Shown in pieces: positions 50,714 to 63,913 of a stretch of DNA of 64,000 nt. How positions within the stretch are numbered: position 1 is the first letter of the stretch; every line of letters starts with the position of its first letter. Position numbers and translations under genes: made by a program. This DNA comes from an uncultured cyanobacterium (GTDB lineage: Bacteria > Cyanobacteriota > Cyanobacteriia > PCC-6307 > Cyanobiaceae). The notes below the pieces were generated by a model, which was not told the DNA's origin, did not search any database, and worked only from the letters and a program-made list of their open reading frames with translations. The stretch spans positions 96,001 through 160,000 of the forward strand of contig CAVONQ010000018.1 of the NCBI GenBank assembly GCA_963697335.1. Reading direction: 5' to 3'.

Positions 50714-51450
50714 GGCGGATGCACTGCCGGCGGGTTGGCCCCGCTGGCCAGATCTGGCCGGCCGGCTTCCACCAGGGCGGCATCGCGAATCCGGCAGCTG
50801 TCACACACCCCGCAGGGCTCGGCCTCGCCCTGGTAACAGCTCCAGGTGCTGGCGATCGGCACCCCCAGGCGCAGGGCCTCCTGCACGATGCGGGTCTTGC
50901 TCCACTGCACCAGCGGCGCCCACAGCTTCACGCCGCGGCCCTCCCGCCCGGCCCGACTGGCCAGATCCGCCAGGGTCTGAAAGGCGTCCAGGTAGTCCGG
51001 TCGGCAATCGGGGTAGCCGGAGTAGTCCACGGCATTCACCCCAAGCACCAGTCGCTCGGCGCCGCGGGCCTCGGCCAGGCTCAGCCCTAGGGCGATGAAC
51101 ACGGTGTTGCGGCCCGGCACGTAGGTGCTGGGGATCACCCCCTCCCGCACGCCGTCGCTGGGGATGGCCTGGCCCGGATCGGTGAGGGCCGAGCCGCCCC
51201 AGGCCGCCAGGTTCACGCTGATGGTGTGGTGCTCGTGCAGGCCGAGTTCGGCGGCCACCACCCTGGCGGCCTCCAGCTCACGGCGGTGGCGCTGCCCGTA
51301 ATCGAAGGAGAGGCCGATCACCCGGCAGCCAGCTTCCTGGGCCAGGGCGGCGGCGGTGGCCGAGTCCAGTCCGCCCGAGAGCAGGGCAATCGCCGTGGCG
51401 GGCTCGTTGGAGGGGCTCCGGTCGCTGACGGGGGGCGGTGCGCTGGCCAT
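50710..51450 (-). CDS. queC: 7-cyano-7-deazaguanine synthase
   Basis: [23 protein letters not shown] and SCY..CGVCDSC motifs. Confidence 0.96.
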   Translation of the reverse strand: MASAPPPVSDRSPSNEPATAIALLSGGLDSATAAALAQEAGCRVIGLSFDYGQRHRRELEAARVVAAELGLHEHHTISVNLAAWGGSALTDPGQAIPSDGVREGVIPSTYVPGRNTVFIALGLSLAEARGAERLVLGVNAVDYSGYPDCRPDYLDAFQTLADLASRAGREGRGVKLWAPLVQWSKTRIVQEALRLGVPIASTWSCYQGEAEPCGVCDSCRIRDAALVEAGRPDLASGANPPAVHPP

Positions 51451-51494
51451 GGAGCGAGGAGGGGAGGGGGGCGAGGGACCAGCAGGTCAGCGGC

Positions 51495-52145
51495 TCAGCG
51501 GATCGACAGCCACTTGTGGCTCTGCAGGCTGAGCCGCCACTGGGGCTGGCTGCGCACGAAGGCCACAGCCATCGCCTCACCCCGGGCCGACTGCCAGCCC
51601 GGCTGCAGCAGCAGAGCCGGACGGTTGCCCAGGCCCTCGGCCCGCCGGGCCATGGCCGCCGCGAAGCTGAGGTCAGGCTCGTCGTGGATCACCACCTTGA
51701 GCTCCTGGCAGCCGGCCAGCAGGGCGTCGCCCGGCGGCCTGTGGGCCTTGGGGGAGAGGGTGATCCAGTCGAACTGGCCGCTGAGGGCATCCACGCCACT
51801 GGTTTCCAGGTGCAGGGGCAGCCCCAGGGGGGCGAGAGCCCCGCACAGGGGGGTGAGGTTGTGGTGCAGGGGTTCACCGCCCGTAATCACCACGAAGGCC
51901 GCCCCTGCGCTCGCGGCCTGGCCAGCCTCCAGCGCCAGGGCCGCCACCCCCTGGCTGGGATGGGCCGCCGCAGCCCAGGAGTGCTTGGTGTCGCACCAGC
52001 TGCAGCCCACCGAGCAGCCCGCCAGGCGGATGAAAAAGGCGCTGCGGCCTGCGTGTAGGCCCTCTCCCTGAAGTGAGTGGAAGGTTTCCACCACCGGCAG
52101 TGCGGCAGGGTCTGGCTGGGGGCCAGGGGCCACGGACACCGCCAA
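51495..52145 (-). CDS. queE: 7-carboxy-7-deazaguanine synthase (radical SAM)
   Basis: FHSLQGEG, CSVGCSWCD, ITGGEP and LSLQSHK motifs. Confidence 0.94.
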   Translation of the reverse strand: MAVSVAPGPQPDPAALPVVETFHSLQGEGLHAGRSAFFIRLAGCSVGCSWCDTKHSWAAAAHPSQGVAALALEAGQAASAGAAFVVITGGEPLHHNLTPLCGALAPLGLPLHLETSGVDALSGQFDWITLSPKAHRPPGDALLAGCQELKVVIHDEPDLSFAAAMARRAEGLGNRPALLLQPGWQSARGEAMAVAFVRSQPQWRLSLQSHKWLSIR

Positions 52146-52297
52146 ACCTGCTGAACGACGTGACCCCCCATTCTAGGCAGCCCAGGCCTCGCCTCAGCCC
52201 CTGCCCGTTGTCTTGGCGCCAATCCCATGGGTGAGAGAATCCAGACACGGCTGTCATGGTCGTTCAGCATGCGCTGAGGTTTGCGAGGCCTGGGTCG

Positions 52298-53020
52298 ATG
52301 AGCACACCGGAACTGCCCACGCTGGCGCGCTACGGCCTGCTGAGACCTTTCCTACGCCAGCAGCTGCTGGAGGAGCTCCTGGCTCCGATCCAGCTCACTG
52401 ACGAGGAGCGGGAAGCGGCCCTGGCCCAGTTCCGCCAGGACAACGGCATCGAGGACGATGCCCAGCTGCGGGAGCTGCAACGGGCCATGCTGCTGAGCGA
52501 CGCCGACATCGACTACCAGGCCCAGTTCCCGGTGAAGGTGTGGAAATACTCGGTGGAGCAGTTCTCCGCCAAGGCGGAATCGCGCTTTCTGGCCAGCAAG
52601 GCCAACCTCGACCAGGTGGTGTACAGCCTGCTGCGCACGGCCAACGCCAACCTGGCCCGGGAGCTGTTCCTGCAGATCAGCGAAGGGGAATCGAGCTTTG
52701 ATCAGCTGGCCTCCAGCCATGCGGAGGGCCCTGAGCGCGCCACCCGCGGCATCGTGGGTCCGGTGCCCCTGGCCCAGGCCCACCCCGAACTGATGCAGCG
52801 CCTGCGCACGGCCCGACCGGGGGTGGTGCTCGAACCGTTCCCGATCGGCGAGTGGTGGCTGCTGGTAAGGCTGGAGTCGATGAAGCCGGCCAGTTTTGAC
52901 GATGAGGTGGCCGACGCCATGATCCAGGAGCTGCTCGATGAGTGGCTGGAGGAGGAAGTGGACCTGCGCCTGGCCAAGTTGGGACAGACGCCCAGGGCGG
53001 CTGTGGTGGCGGGCCGATGA
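52298..53020 (+). CDS. PpiC-type peptidyl-prolyl isomerase associated with the T1SS
   Basis: LDQVVYSLLR, FDQLA..HAEGPE..GIVGPV rotamase-like motifs; ATGA-coupled to the ABC transporter. Confidence 0.85.
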   Translation: MSTPELPTLARYGLLRPFLRQQLLEELLAPIQLTDEEREAALAQFRQDNGIEDDAQLRELQRAMLLSDADIDYQAQFPVKVWKYSVEQFSAKAESRFLASKANLDQVVYSLLRTANANLARELFLQISEGESSFDQLASSHAEGPERATRGIVGPVPLAQAHPELMQRLRTARPGVVLEPFPIGEWWLLVRLESMKPASFDDEVADAMIQELLDEWLEEEVDLRLAKLGQTPRAAVVAGR

Positions 53021-55981
53021 CCACCCAGTCCCAGCGAGCTCCGCTGCAGGCGCACCCCGCCTTCGCGGGCCTCTCTCAGGCTGCTCTCGATGGCCTGCAG
53101 GACGGTTGCCAGCGGCGCAGCTTCTCCCTGGGCGAGCCCCTCTGCCACGACAGCCTGATCCCCTCGGAGGTGCTGCTGGTGCTGGAGGGCACGGCCCGCC
53201 TGCTGGTGCGCGACCAGGGGGCCCTGCGCACCGGCGCCCGGCTCGGGCCCGGCAGCCTGGTGGGGCTGGCCTCGCTGCTGCGCGCCGCTCCCTGCGAGGA
53301 GGTGAGCGCCGCCTCCGAGCTGGAGGCCCTGGTGCTGCCCGATCAGCTGGTGCTGCAGCTCCTGGCCGAACAGCCGGGCTTTGCGGCCTGGTGTGGCTCC
53401 GAGCTGTTCACGGCGGAACTGCTGGACCTGCTCGCAGGGTTGCTGGCGCGTCAGTCCAAGGGTGGGGCCTCCCTGCTGGAGCTCCATGGCCAGGTGGCCC
53501 CGGAGGCTGTGCTGGTGGCCCCCCAGGCGGAGGCCTTGGCCACACTTCCCCCCGACCTGGTGCTGTTTGCCGCGAGCTCCAATCTGCCCGGCCAGGCCCT
53601 GGGTGCCCTTCTGGACCCCCACCTGGGGGTGCCGGCCTCACGGCCACCCCTGCCGCCCCGGTTGATCGCCCTGCCGGAGGCGCTGGTGGCAAGCCTGGCG
53701 GATCCGGTCCCTGTCGTTGCGGAACTGGAGGACGCCGAGGCTGAGCCTGGGCTGCAGCGCTCCTCCAGCCCTGGTGCCCGTGGGCGCAGGCGAGGGCCCC
53801 CAGGCCAGCCGCCTCGACCTGGGGCAGCAGCCCAGGCCGGAGCTGCGCCTGCTGCGGGGCAGCGGGCCCCTGGAGGAAACCCTCGCCTGCTTCCAGATGC
53901 TGGCGATGGAGCTGCGGCTGCCCTTCCGGCGCGACTCGATCGAGAAGATCCTGCGGGATGTGCTGCGCCGCGGCCAGACGCCGGATCTGCAGCTGTGCGG
54001 CAACATCGGCGCCCTGATGGGGCTGCACGTGAGCGGCGTGCGGGTGCCGGCCTCCCAGGGCACGCGGCTGCAGGTGCCGGCCCTGGTGCCCTGGAAGGGG
54101 GGCTTCGCCCTGGTGCGGGCCTCTGACGCCCGGGGCCTGGTGCTCGCCTCACCCCGGGATGGCTGGGTGGAAGTCGTCCCCTCGGAGCTGGAAGCGACCT
54201 TCCCGGACGGCATCGAACTGCTGCTGATGGAGCGCAGCAACAGCACCCCGGATCAGCGCTTCAACTTCAACTGGTTCTGGCCCTCCCTGAAGCGCTACCG
54301 CGGCCTGCTGCTGCAGGTGCTGGTGGCCTCCTTCGTGGTGCAGCTGTTCAGCCTCGCCAACCCGCTGCTCATCCAGGTGATCATCGACAAGGTGATTGCC
54401 CAGCGCAGCCTCGACACGCTGCAGGTGCTCGGGATGGCACTGGTGGTGGTGACCCTGATGGAGGGGTTGATCGGGGCCCTGCGCACGTTCCTGTTCACCG
54501 AAACCACCAACCGCATCGACCTGCGGCTCGGCGCTGAGGTGATCGATCACCTGTTGCGCCTGCCCCTGGGCTATTTCGACCGCCGCCCGGTGGGCGAGCT
54601 GGGCACCCGGGTGGCCGAACTGGAGAACATCCGCGAATTCCTCACCGGCCAGGCCCTCACCACCCTGCTCGACACCGCCTTTTCGGTGATCTACATCGTG
54701 GTGATGCTGTTCTACAGCTGGCTGCTGACCCTGATTGCCCTCTGTGTGCTGCCGATTCAGGTGGGGCTCACGGTGCTGGGGGCGCCCCTGTTCCGGCGTC
54801 AGTATCGCCAGGCGGCCGAGGAGAACGCCCGCACCCAGAGCCACCTGGTGGAGGTGCTCACCGGCATTCAGACGGTGAAGGCCCAGAACGTGGAAATGAT
54901 CAGCCGCTGGAAGTGGCAGGACCTCTACTCCCGCTACATCGCCCGCAGCTTTGAGAAGACGATCACCGGCACGGCCCTGGTGGAAACCTCCCAGGTGCTG
55001 CAGAAGCTCTCCCAGCTGTTGGTTCTCTGGGTGGGGGCAAGCCTGGTGCTCAAGGGCGAGATGAGCCTGGGCCAGCTGATCGCCTTCCGGATCATTTCCG
55101 GTTATGTCACTCAGCCGCTGCTGCGCCTCTCCTCCATCTGGCAGAACATCCAGGAGCTGAAGGTGTCCTTTGAGCGCCTGGCCGATGTGGTGGACACTCC
55201 AGAGGAATCCAATGAGGCAGACAAGCAGAAGATCCCCTTGCCGCCGATTGACGGGGATGTGGCCTTCCGCGATGTGACGTTCAGCTTCGAACCCGGTTCA
55301 CCGCCGGTGCTGCGCCACGTGGATCTGCAGATTGCCGCCGGCACCTTCGTGGGGGTGGTGGGCCAGAGCGGCAGCGGTAAGAGCACCCTGATGAAGCTGC
55401 TGACCCGGCTCTACTCGCCCAACGAGGGCAAGATCCTGATCGACGGCTACGACATCGACAAGGTGGAGCTCTACTCGCTGCGCCGCCAGATCGGCATCGT
55501 GCCCCAGGAGCCCCTGCTGTTCAGCGGCTCCGTGGCCGAGAACATTGCCCTCACCGATCCCGATGCCAGTAGTGATGCGATCGTCGAGGCAGCACGCCTG
55601 GCCTGCGCCCACGACTTCATCATGGAGCTGCCGGGCGGCTACAGCGCCAATGTGGGTGAGCGCGGTGCTGGCCTCTCGGGCGGGCAACGCCAGCGCCTCG
55701 CCCTGGCCCGCACCCTGCTGTCGCGCCCGAAGCTGCTGGTGCTCGATGAGGCCACCAGCGCCCTCGACTACGACACCGAGCGGCGCGTCTGCGACAACCT
55801 GCTGGAGAACCTGCGCCACTGCACGGTGTTCTTCATCACCCACCGCCTCTCCACCATCCGCCGGGCAGATCTGATCGTGATGCTTCAGGATGGGGCGGTG
55901 GTTGAGACAGGCACCCACGACCAGCTGATCGAGCAGCGTGAGCGCTATTACGCGCTCTACCGCCAGCAGGAGGCGTCGTGA
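53017..55981 (+). CDS. Type I secretion ABC transporter, HlyB family (cNMP-binding, C39-like, TMD and ATPase domains; frameshift near 53755)
   Basis: N-terminal cNMP-like domain in frame 52942..54126; QVIIDKV, GQSGSGKST, LSGGQRQR and LDEATSALD in frame 53717..55981. Confidence 0.88.
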
Positions 55982-57189
55982 CCCCAGAGCACTCCCCAAC
56001 CCCAACCCCCGCCAAGCCGGCTGAGTCGGCCCTGGTGCCGCGGGCATCGTCGCTGGTGCGGGCCGGCCAGAACGCCCTCGAACAGCGGGTCCGCAGCAGC
56101 CATGAGGGCATGGTGCTGCAGCAGTCTCGCTTCATGGCGCGGGCGATCACCTGGGCCCTGATTGGCACCACGGGTTTTGCCCTGGCCTGGCTGGCCCTGG
56201 CCCAGACGGAGGAGGTGGTGATTGCTCAAGGCAAACTTGAGCCCATCGGCGACGTGCAGACAGTGCAGATGCCCGTGGGCGGCGTGCTCGACACCATGCT
56301 CGTCAAGGAGGGGGAGCGGGTGAGCAAGGGGCAGGTACTGCTGCGCCTCGACAATGAAACCACCCTGGATCGTCGCGACGGTCTGCTGGACTCGATTCGC
56401 TCCAAAGAGCAGCAGTTCGCCCTCAAGCAGCTTGAGCTGCAGCGCTATCTCGCCCTCAACGACACCGAGCAACAGGTGCTGGGGCGCAACCTCGAGCTGC
56501 AGCGGCAGGTGCTGGCCCGGCTGGAGTCGCTGCAGGCCGTGGGCGCCGTGCCCGAACTGGAATACCTGCAGCAGCGCAATCAGACCCGCGAAGTGGAGGG
56601 CGACCTGGAGAAGACCAAGGTGGACCGCCTGCGCCAGGTGGCCATCCTCAAGCAGGCCGTGTCAGAGCTGGAGGTGGAACTCTCGGAGCTGCGCAGCCGC
56701 CTGACGGAATCGAAGGTGAACATCCGCTATCAGGACGTGCGCTCCCCGGTGGACGGGGTGGTGTTCGACCTCAAGCCCACGGGCCCGGGCTTCGTGGCCC
56801 AGGGCAGCGAGCCGGTGATGAAGATCGTGCCCCTCGATGAACTTGAGGCCAAGGTGGAGATCGACAGCGCTGACATCGGCTTCGTGCGGGTGGGCAAGCC
56901 GGTGGACATCAGCATTGATTCCTTCCCCTCCTCGGATTTCGGCGTGCTGAACGGCACGCTGGCCTCGATCGGCTCTGATGCCCTGCCGCCGGAAGACCAA
57001 AAGCCCAACTACCGCTTCCCGGCGGTGATCAAGCTCCAGGATCAGCAGCTGCAGTTGAAGTCCGGCAAGGAGCTGCCGCTGCAGGTGGGGATGTCGCTGA
57101 CGGCCAACATCAAGCTGCGCAAGGTCACCTACCTGCAGCTGCTGCTGGGCGAGTTCAAGGACAAGACCGACTCTCTCAAGCGCCTCTGA
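55978..57189 (+). CDS. HlyD-family membrane fusion protein
   Basis: N-terminal TM segment, AQGKLEP, VRSPVDGVV, DIGFV and LQVGM motifs. Confidence 0.92.
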   Translation: MTPEHSPTPTPAKPAESALVPRASSLVRAGQNALEQRVRSSHEGMVLQQSRFMARAITWALIGTTGFALAWLALAQTEEVVIAQGKLEPIGDVQTVQMPVGGVLDTMLVKEGERVSKGQVLLRLDNETTLDRRDGLLDSIRSKEQQFALKQLELQRYLALNDTEQQVLGRNLELQRQVLARLESLQAVGAVPELEYLQQRNQTREVEGDLEKTKVDRLRQVAILKQAVSELEVELSELRSRLTESKVNIRYQDVRSPVDGVVFDLKPTGPGFVAQGSEPVMKIVPLDELEAKVEIDSADIGFVRVGKPVDISIDSFPSSDFGVLNGTLASIGSDALPPEDQKPNYRFPAVIKLQDQQLQLKSGKELPLQVGMSLTANIKLRKVTYLQLLLGEFKDKTDSLKRL

Positions 57190-57220
57190 CCCTTCGGCCC
57201 GGGTCAACGCTCTTGTCCGC

Positions 57221-58927
<1,707 letters not shown>

Positions 58928-58968
58928 CTACCGAGGCCATTCCGTTCACCCCGTACCCGTCGCCGGGG

Positions 58969-59454
58969 TCAGGCCTCCAGCAGGCTGCGCAGCATCCAGG
59001 CGGTCTTCTCATGGATCTGCAGCCGCTGGGTGAGCAGGTCGGCGGTGGGCTGGTCATTGGCCCCATCGGCGATCACGAACACACCGCGGATGGTGCGCGC
59101 CACCGCCTCATGGCCCTGCACCAGCTCGCTCACCATGGCCATGGCGGCGGGGATGCCGTCGCTCTCGGGGATGGAGGAGAGGCCGCCGTAGGTGGAGGCG
59201 CCGAAGGGGGCGGGCAGGCCGAGGGCGCGGATGCGCTCGGCGATCACGTCGAGGGCGTTCCAGAGCTCGGTGTACTGCTCCATGAACATGAGGTGCAGGG
59301 TGTTGAACATCGGCCCGGTGACGTTCCAGTGGAAGCCGTGGGTCTTGGCGTAGAGCACGGTGGTGTCCGCGAGCACGCGGCCGAGGCCCTCGGCGATCTC
59401 CAGGCGCTGGGCCTCGGGAATGCCGATGTCAATGCTGGGGGCGGTGGCAACCAT
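58969..59454 (-). CDS. dps: Dps family DNA-protection protein
   Basis: [27 protein letters not shown] and HEKTAWML motifs. Confidence 0.95.
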   Translation of the reverse strand: MVATAPSIDIGIPEAQRLEIAEGLGRVLADTTVLYAKTHGFHWNVTGPMFNTLHLMFMEQYTELWNALDVIAERIRALGLPAPFGASTYGGLSSIPESDGIPAAMAMVSELVQGHEAVARTIRGVFVIADGANDQPTADLLTQRLQIHEKTAWMLRSLLEA

Positions 59455-59536
59455 GGCGGCTTATGCGAAGTAACTTCGTTTTAGCCTATTGGTTGCCGTG
59501 GGCGTTCCCAGCTCAGCGGTCAGCCTCGAGCTCGCC

Positions 59537-60523
59537 TCAGGGGCCACCGTCCAGGCAGCCCAGGTAATCGCGCACGCGGCAGCGGTTCTGGGGCTGGCGC
59601 AGCTTCAACAGGGCCCGCGACTCGATCTGACGCACCCGTTCGCGGGAGAGCCGCAGCTGCTCGCCGATCTCGGCCAGGGTGCGGGGGGTGTCGTCGTCGA
59701 GCCCGAAGCGCTGGCGGATCACCGTGGCTTCCCGGCCGCTCAGCTGCTCCAGCAGCGCCTCCAGATCGGCATGCAACTGCTGGCGGGTGAGGGCCTGCTC
59801 CGGGGTGGCGTGGCTGTCTTCCAGCAGATCCACCAGGGGCGTGTCGGCCTGGCCGCCCACCCGACCCTCCAGGGACACGGGCCGTGGGATGTGGGTGAGG
59901 GTGCTGCGCAGCCGCGCCACATCGAGCCCCACGGCGGCCGCCAGCTCCTCAAGGCTGGGGGCGCGGCCCAGCTCCAGGGTCAGCTGGTGCTGGCTGGTGC
60001 GGATCCTGTTGAGGCTCTCGGTGATGTGCACCGGCAGCCGGATCGTGCGGCCCTGGCTGGCCAGGGCCCGGGTGATGCCCTGGCGGATCCACCAGTAGGC
60101 GTAGGTGCTGAAGCGGAAGCCCCGGCGTGGATCGAAGCGCTCCACGGCCCGCTCCAGCCCGAGGGTGCCCTCCTGGATCAGATCCAGCAGTTCAAGGCCC
60201 CGGCGCTGGTATTTCTTGGCCACGGCTACCACCAGCCGCAGGTTGGCCTGCAGCATGCGCTCCTTGGCCCGGTTGCCGCGGCGCAGGGCCTGGCGCAGAT
60301 CGGCCGGGCTCAGGCCGCAGCGCTCAGCCCAGCCCTCCAGAACACCGTCGCCCTTGTGGCCCAGGAGCTGCTCGCTCTCCTGCACCTGGCGGGCCAGCAG
60401 GATCTCTTCCTCCTGGCTCAACAGGCTGACGCGGCCGATTTCCTGCAGGTAGAGCCGGATCGGGTCGTTGGTGGCCTTGGCTTGGGTCAAGGACGGCGCT
60501 CGGATCCCCACCACCGTTGTCAC
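59537..60523 (-). CDS. Group 2 (RpoD-like) RNA polymerase sigma factor
   Basis: YLQEIGR, NLRLVVAVAKKY, DLIQEG, FSTYAYWWIRQ and SRERVRQIE; no region 1.1. Confidence 0.92.
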   Translation of the reverse strand: MTTVVGIRAPSLTQAKATNDPIRLYLQEIGRVSLLSQEEEILLARQVQESEQLLGHKGDGVLEGWAERCGLSPADLRQALRRGNRAKERMLQANLRLVVAVAKKYQRRGLELLDLIQEGTLGLERAVERFDPRRGFRFSTYAYWWIRQGITRALASQGRTIRLPVHITESLNRIRTSQHQLTLELGRAPSLEELAAAVGLDVARLRSTLTHIPRPVSLEGRVGGQADTPLVDLLEDSHATPEQALTRQQLHADLEALLEQLSGREATVIRQRFGLDDDTPRTLAEIGEQLRLSRERVRQIESRALLKLRQPQNRCRVRDYLGCLDGGP

Positions 60524-60627
60524 AGGGGCGGCCTGGCTCCAGGATTCGGCTGCTTTGCTTCCGATTTGCGGCTGATCTGCAGCCGATCTGCTGCTCCGGA
60601 GCCCGGATCAGCACGCCGCCAGCTGGA

Positions 60628-62463
60628 TCAGCCCGCCGCCTCGGCCTCCTCCTCCACCCAGGTGCTGGCCACATGCAGCTCCTGCAGCTGCTGGGCGGCC
60701 ACCCCGGCGGGTGCCTGGGTCATCAGGCAGCGGGCCTGCTGGGTTTTCGGGAAGGCGATGGTGTCGCGGATCGACTCCTCACCTGCCAGCAGCATCACGA
60801 TGCGGTCGATGCCGTAGGCCAGGCCGCCGTGGGGCGGGGCGCCCAGGTCGAGGGCCTCCATCAGGAAGCCGAACTGGCGCTCGGCCTCCTCCAGGGGCAG
60901 GCCGATGGTCTGCAGCACCTGGCGCTGCAGGGCGGAATCATGAATGCGCAGGGAGCCGCCGCCCAGCTCCAGGCCATTGAGCACCAGGTCGTAGGCCTGG
61001 GCGCGCGCGCCGGGCAGGGTGTCGGCCCAGGCGGCGGGGTCGTCGCCGAGGTCGGCGCTGTTGGGAGCGCAGAAAGGGTGGTGCAGCGCCTCGAGGCGGT
61101 TCTCGCCGGCGTTGAACTCGAACATCGGGAAGTCCACCACCCAGAGGAAGTTCCAGCTGCTGTTGTCCCGCTCGGCCGGCACCAGGCCCAGCTCGCGGGC
61201 CAGGAACTGGCGCACCCGATCGAGGGCCTTGTTCACCGTGGCGGTGTCGCCGGCGCCGAACAGCAGCAAGGTGCCGGGCTCGGCGCCGCTGCGCGCCAGC
61301 AGCTCGGCCTTGACCTCCGCCGAGAGGTTGTCCTTGATGGCGCCGATCGTGTCGATCTCGCCGCCCTCGCGCACGCGAATGAAGGCCAGCCCGCCGGCGC
61401 CGGCCTTCTGCGCTTCGCTGAACACATCACCGCCGGGCTTGATGCGCACGTTGCTGATGGCGTCGTTGCCGCCGGGTACGGCGATGCACTTCACGGCGCC
61501 GCCGGCGGCCACGGCGCCGGAGAACACCTTGAAGCCCATGCCGGCCACCAGGTCGGACACATTGGTGAGTTCCATCCCGTAGCGGGTGTCCGGCCGGTCG
61601 GTGCCGAAGCGCTCCATGGCCTGATGCCAGGTGAGGCGCGGGAAGGGCCGGGGCAGCTCGACGCCCTTGACGGCCTGCCAGATGGCGCTGATCAGGGCCT
61701 CGTTGAGCTCCAGGATCTGCTCCTGGTTCATGAAGCTCATCTCGATGTCCAGCTGGGTGAACTCCGGCTGGCGGTCGGCCCTGAGGTCTTCGTCGCGGAA
61801 GCAGCGGGCCACCTGGTAGTAGCGCTCGATGCCGCCCACCATCAGCAGCTGCTTGAACAGCTGGGGCGACTGGGGCAGGGCGAACCACTCGCCGCCGCAC
61901 ACCCGCGACGGCACCAGGTAGTCACGGGCCCCTTCCGGGGTGGAGCGGGTGAGCACGGGGGTTTCCACCTCGATGAAGCCCTGCTCCTCCAGGAAGCGGC
62001 GGGCGGCCTGGATCGTGCGGGCCCGCAGGCGCAGGTTGCCGTTCATGCGCTCGCGGCGCAGGTCGAGGTAGCGGTGGCGCAGGCGCAGCTCCTCGCGGGT
62101 GTTCTCCTCGTCGTGCACCGACACGGGGAAGGGCAGGTTGCCCTTGACGCTGTTCAGCACGGTGATCCCGCCGGCCAGCACCTCGAGGCTGCCGGTGGCC
62201 AGCTTGGTGTTGATCGACTCGGGCGGCCGCTGCCGCACCCGGCCGCTCACCTGGATCACGGTCTCGTTGCGGAGGTGCTCGGCCACGGCGAAGGCCTCAG
62301 CCCCCAGGTCGGGGTCCACGGTGATCTGCACCGTGCCGCTGCGGTCGCGCAGGTCGATGAAGATCACGCCGCCGTGGTCGCGGCGCCGGTCCACCCAGCC
62401 GCAGAGCTGCACCTCCAGGCCGCTGACGTTCTGGAGCAGGTCGCCGCACCCGTGGCTGCGCAT
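60628..62463 (-). CDS. aspS: Aspartate-tRNA ligase
   Basis: [37 protein letters not shown] and GAPPHGG motifs. Confidence 0.98.
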   Translation of the reverse strand: MRSHGCGDLLQNVSGLEVQLCGWVDRRRDHGGVIFIDLRDRSGTVQITVDPDLGAEAFAVAEHLRNETVIQVSGRVRQRPPESINTKLATGSLEVLAGGITVLNSVKGNLPFPVSVHDEENTREELRLRHRYLDLRRERMNGNLRLRARTIQAARRFLEEQGFIEVETPVLTRSTPEGARDYLVPSRVCGGEWFALPQSPQLFKQLLMVGGIERYYQVARCFRDEDLRADRQPEFTQLDIEMSFMNQEQILELNEALISAIWQAVKGVELPRPFPRLTWHQAMERFGTDRPDTRYGMELTNVSDLVAGMGFKVFSGAVAAGGAVKCIAVPGGNDAISNVRIKPGGDVFSEAQKAGAGGLAFIRVREGGEIDTIGAIKDNLSAEVKAELLARSGAEPGTLLLFGAGDTATVNKALDRVRQFLARELGLVPAERDNSSWNFLWVVDFPMFEFNAGENRLEALHHPFCAPNSADLGDDPAAWADTLPGARAQAYDLVLNGLELGGGSLRIHDSALQRQVLQTIGLPLEEAERQFGFLMEALDLGAPPHGGLAYGIDRIVMLLAGEESIRDTIAFPKTQQARCLMTQAPAGVAAQQLQELHVASTWVEEEAEAAG

Positions 62464-62579
62464 GCCGAAGATCCCTGAGCAATCGGCGATTTTCCCATCC
62501 GGTGGGGCTGCCCCTGCCTGCTGCAGCCGGCGCCGCCCGGATGGGCCAGCATGCAGGGGGCTTGCTGCGTTGCTGCTCC

Positions 62580-62801
62580 ATGCACTTTCCCGGTTCGCTG
62601 GATGCGCTCAAGGCCCACGTGGCCGCCCTGGACCTTCCGGGCCACTGGAGCCACGAGGGGGTGTTTGAGGTGTTTCGGCTCGAAGCCGGCGAGATGATCA
62701 ACTTCTGGCCGGCCTCGGGCGAACTCCAGGTGAAGGGCCACCCTGAACGCTCCGCCGCGCTGCTGGCCCAGCTCACCGCCCAGTTCGGCAGCGGTGCCTA
62801 G
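62580..62801 (+). CDS. Small hypothetical protein (73 aa)
   Basis: ATG 62580, protein-like sequence ([17 protein letters not shown]); fills the aspS-gcvT gap. Confidence 0.6.
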   Translation: MHFPGSLDALKAHVAALDLPGHWSHEGVFEVFRLEAGEMINFWPASGELQVKGHPERSAALLAQLTAQFGSGA

Positions 62802-63913
62802 CGCCGGTAGAAGGGCCGCTTCACCACCAGGGCCGGTTCGGCCTTGCCGCGGATCTCCACGGCCAGCTCGGTGCCGGGGCGGGCGGCGTCCGCGGGCACG
62901 TAGGCCAGGGCAATCGCTTCGCCCAGGGTGGGTGACCAGGTGCCGCTGGTGATCTCCCCCACTGGCTCGCCGTGCCGCAGCACCGGGTAGCCGTGGCGGG
63001 CGATGGCGCGGCCCTGCAGCTTCAGGCCCACCAGGCGGCGGCTCACCCCGGAGGCGCTCTGGCGCTCCAGCGCCTCGCGGCCCACGAAGGGTTTCGGCAT
63101 CTCCAGGTGCACGAGCCAGCCCAGGCCTGCCTCCAGGGGACTGGTGGCGCTGTCCATCTCCTGGCCGTAGAGGTGCATGGCGGCCTCCAGCCGCAGGGTG
63201 TCGCGGGCGCCGAGGCCGCAGGGGGTGACGCCGCTCTCCAGCAGCTGCTGCCAGAGGGCCGGGCCGACTTCGCCGGGCACCAGCAGCTCAAAGCCGTCTT
63301 CGCCGGTGTAGCCGGTGCGCCCCACGAAGGCGGTGCAGCCCGCCAGGTTCAGCTCCCGGTGGCCGAAGCGGGGCAGGCTGGCCAGGCTGGTGCCGCTCAG
63401 GGCCTCCAGCCGCGCCTGGGCCTCCGGGCCCTGCAGGGCCAGCAGCACGCCATCGCCCTTGCGGTCGCTGATGCTGATGCCCTGGGGTTCAAGCTGGCTG
63501 CGGATCCAGGCGGTGTCCTCAGCGGCGCAGGCGGCGTTGATCACCAGCACCAGCTCGTCGCAGGTCTCAGCGGCGGCGTCAGCCTGGCGGCCCCGGTCGT
63601 AGACGATCAGGTCGTCCCGGATGCCGCCGGCCTCGTTGAGCAGCACCGTGTAGCAGGCCTCGCCAGGACCGATGCGGAACAGGTCGGTGGGCACGAGGCC
63701 CTGCAGGGCATCCTTGGCGCCGTCACCGCGCAGGGTGAGCACGCCCATGTGGGAGATGTCGAACACCCCGCAGCGCTGCCGCACCGCCTGGTGTTCGGCC
63801 ACCAGCCCCGAGAACTGCACGGGCATCTCCCAGCCGGCGAACGGCACCAGCCGGCCCCCCGCAGCCTGAATCACGGCGTGGAGAGGGGTGCGCAGCAGAT
63901 CCACCAGGAGCAC
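62798..63913 (-). CDS. gcvT: Glycine cleavage system aminomethyltransferase T
   Basis: FAGWEMPV, FDISHMG, RTGYTGEDGFE and GLGARDTLRLEA motifs. Confidence 0.97.
   Translation of the reverse strand: MLLVDLLRTPLHAVIQAAGGRLVPFAGWEMPVQFSGLVAEHQAVRQRCGVFDISHMGVLTLRGDGAKDALQGLVPTDLFRIGPGEACYTVLLNEAGGIRDDLIVYDRGRQADAAAETCDELVLVINAACAAEDTAWIRSQLEPQGISISDRKGDGVLLALQGPEAQARLEALSGTSLASLPRFGHRELNLAGCTAFVGRTGYTGEDGFELLVPGEVGPALWQQLLESGVTPCGLGARDTLRLEAAMHLYGQEMDSATSPLEAGLGWLVHLEMPKPFVGREALERQSASGVSRRLVGLKLQGRAIARHGYPVLRHGEPVGEITSGTWSPTLGEAIALAYVPADAARPGTELAVEIRGKAEPALVVKRPFYRR

Noticed and set aside
50710..52145. queC/queE as part of a 7-deazaguanine DNA modification (dpd) defence system
   Set aside because: No DpdA/TGT-like or other dpd genes nearby; the context with pabB/pabC fits housekeeping queuosine synthesis.
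52298..57189. Bacteriocin/RiPP cluster suggested by the C39-like ABC exporter
   Set aside because: No precursor peptide or modifying enzymes adjacent; PPIase-HlyB-HlyD is a common cyanobacterial T1SS arrangement.
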